A stretch of 60,839 bases of DNA, counting the filler, from Catajapyx aquilonaris (lineage: Eukaryota): the NCBI GenBank assembly GCA_000934665.2. It is 4 parts of 4 records of this genome, joined end to end, with 100 filler letters (N's around TTAATTAATTAA, not from the genome) between each part and the next. Parts side by side here need not be neighbours in the genome. Positions count along the whole stretch, not along the records: positions 45,714 to 60,839 come from JYFJ02007593.1; 3 more parts are not named here. One strand, written 5' to 3'. The translations under genes were made by a program, and so were the position numbers. The first letter of the stretch is position 1. Every line of letters starts with the position of its first letter. The notes under the pieces are model-generated. The model searched no databases. It was not told the DNA's origin and saw only the letters and a program-made list of their open reading frames with translations. Shown piece by piece: positions 50,534-60,839 of this stretch.

Positions 50534-53500
50534 TTATTCCCTTGCTTTGCCGCTCGGTGAATGCTGCGCTTCCTCCCTGGAGTGCGACTGACTAGTAGCT
50601 TCGATGCACATCACAATGAACTTGTGGTTGCAGGTGAACTTCTCGTTGTCTATGAGCTTGTGATTCATAAGGGACGAAGCAAGACCCACTTTGTCGGTGC
50701 TTGCAGAGTGCCATGCATCGCAGTAGGTGTCCATTGCCATCTCTCCAGAGAGGTGTGACCCATGCCATACCACCTTCTGGGGCCTGAAATGAGAATTGTG
50801 GTAATATTGCCAGTAAGGCCACGTACGTGCTGTGTAACAATCTGTTGCCACATGTAATATCAATATTACCATGTGAAATCCTCCATGATGTTCTTCCCAC
50901 TGAAACTGTAGAGTCTGGGAGGTTGAGCAAACACTCCTCCTGTCCCATTGAAGATTTCTTTCCATGAGTTGAACAATAAATCTCCCTGCAAATTATTTAA
51001 GTCTTTAGTTTCAGACTTGCCGATGGCCAAGGGTAAGGGTGATGACAAACCTTGATATTGACAACTGGGAGGTCACGGTCTGAGTACCGGACAATGGAAT
51101 CCAGATTCTGTACCCGTGACGAAAGGAAAGCTCGGAAAGTGCGGCGGAGGTTGGCCTTACGAGCTTGTCGGTGGCAGGCATGGTCGGCTCCTCGCACACC
51201 ATGCATATCACCAGTGTACGGCTCATTCAAGGCAGCCAACCGAAGCTGAAATAATATAGAATCAGTTTAGCTACATGTTAACCTGGTAGTGTGGTCGCAA
51301 CATTCTTACCATCGTAGAGTACCACTAATGCAAGCATGAATGAAAAACCAGAGTTAGAATTACAAAATGCAACAATGTAAGCAGGCCCAACACACTTACA
51401 CTGGGTTCTTGCACGGTGTTGATGAGATTCGATATTTCGAAAGCCGGTTTGACAATGGCTGCTGGGAGGATGGTGGACACCGGAGACTGCGTTGGAAGCG
51501 GAAGAAGCGGACCTATCATGGAAATGTACTGCCAGCCGCTGTTGACTCTGACCAACAGCGCTTCCTCATCGATGATGTACGCGATGGTTCCAACCTGACT
51601 CTCTTGCGACATCTTAAACATTGAATCGACATTGTTGAAAGTCACTGCCCCTGGAACCACTTTAACTCCATTGCCGTCGCTTGTTCCAGGTAGACCTGGG
51701 GGACCAGGAGGACCAGGCTGGCCTAGAATTAAAACAAGTGAATTAGACAAATATTTTAAAATGTATCTTGTACTGTTTTTTTTCCTCCTAGTACTTTACT
51801 ACTATTACTCCAAATACCTGCTTCGGGTGGCAGATTACCATCCGGGTACAGTTCTTTCATTGTCCGTAATTCGGCTCTCTGAACATGACAATCAAATTTC
51901 CTACCTGGTTCCCCAAACCCGGTTAATCCTGGCATTCCCATCATTCCTTTTCCTGGTAGTCCTGGTGGCCCTGTCATACCCATCTCGCCCTTTTCGCCCA
52001 CAATGGAGAGGCCTGGTGGTCCTGGTGTGCCCTGCCAACAAACACATTGTATAGGTGAGTTACTAAGAATTGCGTGACATCACGCTGCGTCACGTACAAG
52101 CTCTCCTTTTGGTCCCAATGCCCCTGGCTCAGGGACGTAGATACCACCCCCAAAATATGGAACAGTGTGTATAGAGTTTTGATTAGAAATGAAATGAGAA
52201 GTGTTATGTAGTAATATCACAGCGATAAAGTCACAGCAAAATAAGAGATAGCTCCTGGTACCGACCCGGATTCCCCCCTTTCCCCTTTTTGTCCGTTCTG
52301 ACCTTCATGACCTGGGAGACCTGGGGTATCTGGATACCCGTCTCTGCCCTGCAGGGAATAAAAGTCACACTGTTCAAGCTAAGCAAATAAATAAATATTA
52401 GCGTCTAAAGCAACAAAGTGAGCCAAATAATAATGGGCATGAGACGAGTCAATTATACTTACATTATTCCCGCCAATTCCGGGAGGACCTGCCGGACCCA
52501 CAGGACCTGGAAAACCTGTCAGACCCAGCCATCCGTCTGTGCCTGGTTCACCTGTGAGATACACGCGTGTTGGTCATTTCCCAGATATCATCTGAGCCTA
52601 CGGTATACCTTTGGATCCTTGAAGACCTTCCCTGCCTGTTGACCCAACTTCGCCCCTTTCTCCCTTTTCGCCTTTGGGACCTGACGGACCTCTGATGCCC
52701 TGCTGACCTTGCTGACCCTGCCGGAAGGCAATATATTTGACGTCAACGCTGCGGGTTAAGAATTATTCGCTTCACTTACGGACAGTCCCGGTGGTCCAGG
52801 TTTGCCATCACCTCCTGGCGGTCCCGGCGGTCCAGGCTGCATCGTCTGGAACGTTGTAGTGTTGCAGGTGCACACTCCTGGCGGTCCAGGAGGACCAGGA
52901 GGACCGCCGCCCAGGAGCTACGCAAACCGGAAGAACTCGTTATTAATCATAATTCACAAGGAGGAGGTTGAAATGTCTATCGTTATGACCGCTCACCTTG
53001 ATAGTCCCTTTCTGAGAATGCGGTATGAGAGATCAAAGCTCGTATATTACTCGAAACAAAAACATGCACAGGTGTGTGGACTTACCCCGTCTTCTCCAGA
53101 ACCAGTTTCGGCGTAGCCCCATCCTGGTGGACCTGAAAGCCCCACTGGCCCCGGGATACCTGGAGCACCCGGTGGACCTGGAGGACCCCGGATGTCTAGG
53201 CCCTAGGAGGCAGACAAGTCTAACATTTACTCCAGTCTGCACTGATGATTACGTCATGAACGCACACTTATTAAATCCCACGATATAGACGTACTTTTTC
53301 TCCACGATCGCCTTTCGGTCCTCTCTCGCCAGGGGGTCCTCTGTACTCTTCTGAAAAAAAAAGCAGGAAAATATTAGGTTAGCCTTCTTTCTCATTGGTT
53401 AATTAGATGAAGTCGTGACTGGTATTAAGATTTTGGAGCATCAAAGAAGCTGAAAAAGGACCAATATAATATATTATTATGTCGAATGTAGATTTACCTT

Positions 53501-53620
53501 CTTTTCCAGTCATAGGCAAAGGCGGAACAGGCGGCATGGGAGGCTGTGATTCCAGCCCATCTTCATCCCCACTAATCCAGGCCCAGTCACCCGACTCTTC
53601 ACCTTCGTCTTGGTCTATCT
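50534..53620 (-). CDS. Mp: Collagen XV/XVIII (multiplexin)-like: Gly-X-Y segments, trimerization domain and endostatin domain; own N-terminus absent
   Basis: Exons 53498-53620, 53295-53350, 53086-53202, 52997-53011, 52780-52917 (GVCTCN), 52609-52717, 52463-52551, ~52263-52348, ~52098-52149 (no AG acceptor), 51818-52031, 51400-51722 ([29 protein letters not shown]), 51051-51245 ([24 protein letters not shown]), 50870-50985, 50534-50783 ([18 protein letters not shown]). Phases are consistent. Confidence 0.9.
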
Positions 53621-54017
53621 GAGCAACAAATATATTGAATTTGAACTGATGATGTCTTTTTTGTTACTAGAGCTTGTTAACCTTGCTTTTTGAGTTGTGT
53701 TACATGATTACAGGGTTAGATTATTAAAAGACGCGAACAGTTCACTCGGATTTGAATTCACTTCACCGTACACATGAATTGAAAAAAAGTCTACAATCCT
53801 ATAGCCTAAGTAGAAGACATGATTACATTGGATGCCACAAATTAAAAATTTATTCTCATGAATAATTTAACACTATTTCGATTATTTTACCGAGTTTGGA
53901 CATGCAGGGAAATTCCGCAGGATGTCATAAATTGCCGACATTTTTCGTACTGAATGCAGATTACTGCACCATCCACTGTGAACCTTGACATAAATCGTTA
54001 TTTTCTAATAATTATAT

Positions 54018-55820
54018 CTACCTGACCTTCTCATTCACTGTAGTAGTGCTGGGTAGGGTTGTAGTGCTGGTGGTAGTGAGCAGAGTAGTAGTTGCCTCGG
54101 TGGTTGTTGTGGTCGGCATGGTGGTGGTAGTGGTAGTGGTGGTGGTGGTGGTATGAGCTTCAGTGGTAGGACACAGATCCTGGTTGGCAGCTGTTGGTCC
54201 ATACGGAGAGATGCCTTCGAGTGGAGGATTGGCGCAGGTGTGACCATCAGGTCCGAGTCGGAGGTGGTCGGGACACGAGCAGGTGAATTTCGGAGAGCAC
54301 TTGGACACCTGAGGAGCTGGCAGACACAGGTGGGAACATCCGTGTCCGTTGCAGTGGTTGGTTCCTAGTGGCTGCCGGTTGCGATGCACCGCCGCGATGC
54401 CCATTGGCTGAGTGACCATCGAGATGAATGGCCTGAAGTTGTTTCCGTTGAACTTTCCGGCTCTTAAGACTGACTTTTTGGTCCAATCAGTCCAGTAGAG
54501 CTGATCCTCAAAGGTGGTGATGGAGAAAGGGTGAGCCAGAAGCCAATCGTTCCTCAGGATCTCTCGTCTGTCTGTTCCATCGTAGTTGACCGTACTCAGT
54601 GTCTTCGACTTGGCGTCCACCCAGTAGATCCGCTTCTGCACCAGGTCAAGGGTCAGAGAGTTGGGCCAACCAACACCTTTCTTCACTATGGCTTCCCTAT
54701 GCGATCCGTCCATTCCGGAACGCTCCAGAGCTCCAGGAGTACCCCAATCGGACCAAAACAACCATCTGGAAAAGAATCAGAATGATATTTTTAAATTAAT
54801 ACATCAGTAACATCACTATACATGGCTGTGATCCTCACCCTTCGATAGGATCTACTGCGATTGCTCGGGGCATTTTCAGTTCAGTGTGAATGAGCGTCTT
54901 CCTGCTCTGTCCATCGAAGTCTGTCAGTTGTATGGTCTGCAGCTCGTAGTCTGTCCAGTAAATCCTCTGGTAAATCCAGTCGACGGCCAGCCCGTCCGGA
55001 ACCCTGATCTCCGTGGTGATAATGGCTGTCAGGTTGGTCCCGTTGCTGAGTGACGCCTTCCAAATCTTCATCTCTTGAACGTCAGTCCAGAAGACCAGGT
55101 CAGAGGTCAGGTCGTAGTCGACTGCCACCACCCTGGATCGCTTTGCAACCAGGACTCTGACCTCCTGTGTGCTCGGCCAGTACTTTCGGATGTTTTTGGT
55201 GTCCGAGAAGACAAGTGTCATGTTCCCTTCTTCGGACATACACTTGCTGTCGTCGTCTGGATCCATCGAGTAACCGGACACGCACTCACATCGGTAAAAC
55301 TTTGTCTCGTTTTGTGGGATGCATATTTGAGAACATGTTCCTAGTACCTCGCAAGGATGAATTATTCCTATAAATGGGAAAATGTAACATCAGCAAATAA
55401 TAATTACATTTCACAAAAGAAGTAATATTCTGCCAAAATAGTAAAAAAATAAACCTCTGTAATGGTACGTGTGACCTGCTAGTAGAAACAAAGAGGGTCA
55501 AATGCGACTGCCCAAAATTCCCGTGATTATTCGATAACAAGAGAACGTTATTCTTTGTTCGAACCCTTCACATAAAAATTGATTATGAGCGAGCCGTTGA
55601 TAGAGTCGCACGCAATTAATTTTCGCGAATCAATAAGCACAACCTAGATTAAGCTACGAATCCAGCCTGTAGAGGAAGCCGATAAAATTTAATTTAGGTG
55701 ATCCAGTGATTTTTCCGAAACATTTTTGTGACACTTGTTACATAACTTACCTGCAGCTGTGTACAGCACTAATCCTGAAGACACTGCGAGAAGAAAAGCT
55801 CGCAGAATCCAGTCCATCAT
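54018..55820 (-). CDS. LDL-receptor-family-derived protein: signal peptide, EGF, six-bladed YWTD propeller, EGF, Thr-rich mucin stalk; no LDLa repeats or TM segment seen
   Basis: Exon 55751-55820 MMDWILRAFLLAVSSGLVLYTAA; exon 54839-55367 CEVLGTCSQIC..CECVSGY, VFWTD, IYWTD; exon 54018/54022/54027-54765 LFWSDWG, IYWVD, LYWTDW, CSHLCLPAP..FTCSCP, poly-Thr. GT-AG introns in phases 1 and 2. Confidence 0.9.
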
Positions 55821-58525
55821 TCATCCAGTCGAGATCTGTCACAATAAAGAAAACAAAGTTGTGGTGAGACTGACTTCCTCTGATCTCACTCGACTTTCAC
55901 ATCAGACTGTTCCCTTATCTGCACCTCATCGCCTCGTGAGTGCGTTAGACAACTCAAAATTGATTTCAAACTGTTCAGTCCATGCTTTTGTCATAACATC
56001 AACGTTCCCTTGAGAGCTAAAAAAAATCAACCTGTTTCAACGTTCCAGCCAGCGGTGATTTTAAGGGGGTAACCACTCGACTGAAAAGTCTACGCTGGAG
56101 TACCTAATTCAAGGAGTACCAAGGGGTACCAAAGAGTAAAGTACCTAAGGAGTACCTGGGAGTACCACTACTTGCAGGTGTACAACGGAGTACCGAAGTG
56201 ATTACCCCCTTGGCCTTTGGCTGTTTCTCCGCAACTAATCGTGAGACAGATGTGCTTTTGATCTCAATTTACTCGGAACGGTTCATATAATCGTATGCCA
56301 GGATTAATTTTAAAATTTAACATTTTTGTGTTAAATATATTTAAATGGCAAATTTGAAACATTTAATTTTTTTAAATATGTTGTTTTATTTTTCTCTGCT
56401 TTCGAGATATGTTGTATCCCTATATGTCACCTACATGTGGCCATAACAGTCCTGTGTGGCTAGTATAATACTAAGGATGATTTGTCCTCTTAATAAGTGA
56501 CACCCTTCCATCTGTCATCATTATGATGGGTACACCAAATATGCAAATCGCCCCACCTTTCTCAGTGCAAATGTTAATATTCATTTTGAGATGACGACTG
56601 GTGAGAGTAAGACACATTTAAGACGCGTTTGGTAGCCCCCACCCCCCTCAAACAAGCGAACCCATGCCTCCCACTACCCTACAAACACAGGCATGGTTGT
56701 ACTGTACTCTGGGGATCAACACACACACAGCACAAGCATGTCTAGCAGCAGCTATGGGGACGTAGTTAACACAACTTTTCGAAGCTAGTGTAGCCTTACC
56801 TACCCTACCTAATCTAACCTACCCTACGTAACCTTGGCTGAGGAAAATGGATTTTTCGTGAACCCAGTAATATTGTAGGGACCAAGTCCCCACAGGCCCA
56901 CCATGTCCCCACTATTGTAGTACCACATCGCGTGTGTTACTCTGTGGGGACCGGAAAATGTCGCCAGTCAGTCACGTCCCCCACAGTTACAGTAAAAACA
57001 CCTACCTTGGTCCCCAGAGAAAATCTGGGGACAAGGCCACTATACACTCCTTCAGATCGTTAGCCAAAAGTACAAACAGCTTAAAAAGTGTTGGTCAAAA
57101 AAACTTACATATACTAGAACTGTCCGAGTGCAACGTGCCCTCAGCTGTATTTGTCATCATGACTGTGACCAACTCTTGTTTTATATGCACATCCAGAAAT
57201 TGAATAGCTGGAAGCAGTTGAGGAAGTGTTTTCTGGATTAACATTTCCTTGAACATTTCCGTTGAAGGAAATATAGCATGCTTTTGCATAACATGATAAT
57301 CAATTTACAATAATTACCTTGACCTCTGTGCCTGATATGCCTTCCCCACGCACGCAACGCATCAAAATATAAACTTCCAAACGGCACCACTATTTCTTGG
57401 AAGAAATCATATCCCGGGAGCTACAGTCCGGATGTTGACGACATCTATACTATCTCGTACACTAACTGCTAGTCAGTCCAGATACACTCCTTGCTTCTCA
57501 TATTATTACAATTCCTTACCACTATTGCAGGCAGAAACGAACCGAGATTGTCAATATATTGTACGTGCAATTTTGCTTCTTGAAACTTGTTGGAGGGCAT
57601 TGACTTCGGAGAAAAATAGGAGATATCGCTATACATGTATTTCCCGACAAAATTAATCAACTAGAAAATGACCTTGGAATAGTGCCAGTTGTTTTATAAC
57701 TTCACTGCAAAGAGTGTTCTCTCGTTTCATTCACTTTGGTTGCAGGCTCATTCGCATCCATATGAGATGTGCAAAAATAATTTTGCACATTTTGCATTCC
57801 TTTGCCATTAGATATATACCTGATATGTTCACCTTAATTAAGGTGAAGGAAAAATCTATCGGGAAATTTCAATATTGATGATGATGATGATGATATGGTT
57901 TGTATTTGTATTAAATATCAAAAAATGATTTTGTTTAATGAAAACGTCATGGTGAAGTAGCAGCTAAAATTTTAATAGACAGATGGTGACCCATACACGA
58001 ACATAAGGTACTATCTGTTCCGATAACTTTTGTCCACTTCGTCCCGACTCATTCGTTTATCCTGGACTTGAAGCAACCAGTTGCACACACCCGTAGACAG
58101 GCTTCGCCTTGGGGAGCATGTGCAATCAGGATGAACGAAAGAGTCAGGACGAAGTGGCCAAAAGTTATTGAAACAAATAGTACACAACCAGTACTCATTC
58201 CAACAGGCCTATACGTCTGTCTGGATCTCCTGTCTTGCGCAGAAGCCACAACCCCGTTTCCGTGTGCAAGGAGAACAGGGTTGCCACTATTTAAAATCCA
58301 ACCCTCATATAATTCAAGCTATCTCTCTGTCTATTCCTTCCTTGTCATCTTCTGAGAAAAGTTGTGGAGCGGGATAAACCCACTGACCTCTGTCGATAAG
58401 AGGGACTCGCCCTCTGGCCTTAAATACTTTATCTGCAGTCACCAATGTCACCATTTATTCAGTACGCCCCACAGGATTGCGGAGCAAGGAGTCGTCTGAT
58501 TGAGTCAAGTGCAGCATCCTCCTAG

Positions 58526-59000
58526 ATGATGGCCAACATCAGCAGTTTTGGTGTTTCTTTGCTGGCCACCCTTCTGTTTCTGTCAGGGGTCAATCATTCA
58601 CTGACCCTGACAAAATAATGCAGCCGAAGCATTCCACGTCAAGCGGAACACCCTTATTCACACTTAATTTCTTTCAGACCCGTCACCCCCTGAAATTACC
58701 GGAGATAGTTGCTATGACCTTAAACAACGACGGCACAGTACATCTGGAGTATATTCCGTGACCATCTCTGGAAAAGAAGTCAAGGTGAGACTCGCGGGAA
58801 AATGTCGCTGTCACTCAGAATGATTGAATGCTACGTTGTGTGGAATTACATTAGAATTTACGCTACTGACTAATGTTGTCATGTCTTCAGGTGTATTGTG
58901 ATATGGTGTCGGATGGATGGGGATGGGCCGTTATGCAAAATAGAGACAACACCGAGCCTCACGTGGACTTCGAACGAGGATGGGCAGATTACAAGAGATT
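58526..59000 (+). pseudogene. Fibrinogen-related (FReD) gene, 5' part only
   Basis: Signal-like MMANISSFGVSLLATLLFLSG (donor one base out of phase); exon 58678-58784 DSCYDLKQRRHSTSGVYSVTI; exon from 58891 [18 protein letters not shown]....[12 protein letters not shown], then breaks off. Confidence 0.85.
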
Positions 59001-59002
59001 GG

Positions 59003-59814
59003 CATGATCCGGAACATGAGGAATTCCGCCGATCTGTATCACGAACTTGGTGTCCTGGTGGACATGATGGACGACACTTACGGCATATTTATCACGACTA
59101 CCTTTCTCATATCTGTGATATGGAGCACAGTCTGCCGCTTTCATTTCATGATGTCAACCACCAATTGTAACTGGTTTAGGTCTCTTTGACGTCACTGCAG
59201 TGGCATCTTCCCTGGTTGCTTTTTCCAGCACCCTGGGGTCAATTCAGCGACAGGTACAGAATGATAGTGTTACAAGCACTTCTCACTTATTTAACATGCA
59301 GTAAAACCATATGATTTTCAGAGCACCAGGTCACTTCCCCACCTCATAAAAGCGAATCGTGAAGTGACCAATCCACGCGTCAAGTCAGATGTAAGTGTGT
59401 TTGTTGATATTCAATCCTGCATAGATTTTACACTAACATATATCCACCTTGTATGCAGCACCCATCACAATAATTATATTAAGAAGTTGTTATTATATTT
59501 TCATAAACTAATTTTTCAGATTGAATCACTAATATGGAATATGATAGGACATCCCATGGAGATAACTGCGGCCAATTACTCACGGTCAATCGCGGCCTCG
59601 TGACCTCCGCGAGTTGTGCTTCTTTGAAACTATTCGTAACTACAACTACTGATGTGTTAACTGATGTGTTAACAATACCGTATGCTCTTTGAAGGTTGCC
59701 GGTGCCGTAACGACGTACCTGATTGTCCTAGCTCAGTTCAAAGTTGGAGAAAAGTTGGAGGATTCTGTCACAACTACTTCGGCGTACACAACCGACGCAG
59801 TGATAACTCCTTGA
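59003..59814 (+). pseudogene. Gustatory receptor pseudogene, 3' half, close paralog of the intact GR
   Basis: [37 protein letters not shown], the same three 3' introns, and last exon 59695-59814 VAGAVTTYLIVLAQF. Carries deletions/frameshifts and a GT>GC donor change near 59609. Confidence 0.9.
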
Positions 59815-60839
59815 AGGTGACATCATCACACACCTCGACACACCTACACTATTATGGTGACCTTTAGAGCACAGTGGCCCATAACTAGCTGTCTTTAGAC
59901 GGAATTGAAGATATGAAGTTTTAAGTGTGAAGCTGAAGTTATATGGTACTGTATACCAATAATATTATTGTTATCAGTTTTTCAGGTTGCAACTCTACCC
60001 TGCCACTTTTCTACCGTTTCTAACTAGTTCTGAGCTATCTGTGTAATGATGTAAGGAAGTCAAATTCAAAATAAAATTGACGAGAATTTATTAATTTATT
60101 TTATTCCTTTATGCGGATTTGCTTAACGTAAATCGTTGTTCTTTTGATTATCATTGTTGGCCATTAAATTTTGTTGTGCTTGAACCTATTTCATTCAATG
60201 ATCATTATGAGTTGCCAAAGTCCACTTCAAAAAATTTCCTGAATAATAGAGTCACGAAAAAACATATATACAGCACTCTTATTAAAACATTAACTAAACT
60301 TCGTTGACAAAATCTTGGTCAGCTGGCATTTTCCTTACGACCTTACCTCTCCGTGAAATTGGCTGGTTACCCTGTCCATTATTGTATGTCCTAGTTCATT
60401 ATATGCAAAGATTTTCGGGGGTCCCTAAAGACTCCTACATGCTACTGTACTTCTATTCACCTAATGGCTGTTGCAAATGAAGCGAAGAGTGGCATGACGA
60501 TGTGCATTTTTCATGTGGATATCCCTTGCGTAAGATATGATATCCCTTGATGCGTGATGCGTGATGGAGACTGTCTTGTTGCGCAGTAATAGGCCTACAA
60601 CATTCATGGCATGTCGGGACAACAATACATTTTTCGTGGCGATTTCATTGATTATGTCTCAATTCAGCTGAATGACCAATATTTTATCATATCCTTTGAA
60701 ATCCTCAAAGCCACATTTTTATAACCAGTCTAGGTGGGGGAGGCACTTATGGAGGTTACCCTGTTAAAAACAAGAGAAGTGAAAACCTTGAGTCATTGTT
60801 ATGTGACTAACTTCAGACCTGACCCAGACTTTTTGGTCA

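Noticed and set aside
57095..58370. Minus-strand ORF pieces as possible upstream multiplexin TSPN exons or an ion-channel relic
   Set aside because: No TSPN/LamG or channel motifs recognised and no consistent splice chain.

Overview
Eukaryotic DNA, very probably from an arthropod (gustatory receptor, multiplexin, short GT-AG introns). The window is not one locus: three 100-bp N44-TTAATTAATTAA-N44 spacers join four unrelated contigs of about 15.1 kb (1-15136, 15237-30379, 30480-45613, 45714-60839). Contig 1 is a stack of non-autonomous DNA transposons, including a five-level nest (foldback > hAT > Helitron > piggyBac > mariner MITE) whose hAT and Helitron junctions can be confirmed against empty-site copies, plus two exons of a PPIG/Moca-type cyclophilin. 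Contig 2 is homopolymer-noisy, with only decayed TE traces. Contig 3 holds an Hsp70 ATPase-domain fragment ending in a hydrophobic tail, tRNA-derived SINEs, and fragments of Sola2-like, FLYWCH/MULE, CACTA, LINE, P-element and Harbinger elements. Contig 4 is gene-rich. It has an intact 5-exon gustatory receptor (about 450 aa), two GR relics (one fused to a fibrinogen-domain gene), and on the minus strand a signal peptide-EGF-YWTD propeller-EGF-mucin gene about 400 bp upstream of a collagen XV/XVIII (multiplexin) that lacks its own N-terminus. That last pair is the best candidate for an undescribed chimeric extracellular-matrix gene. All calls were made by eye; no searches were run.
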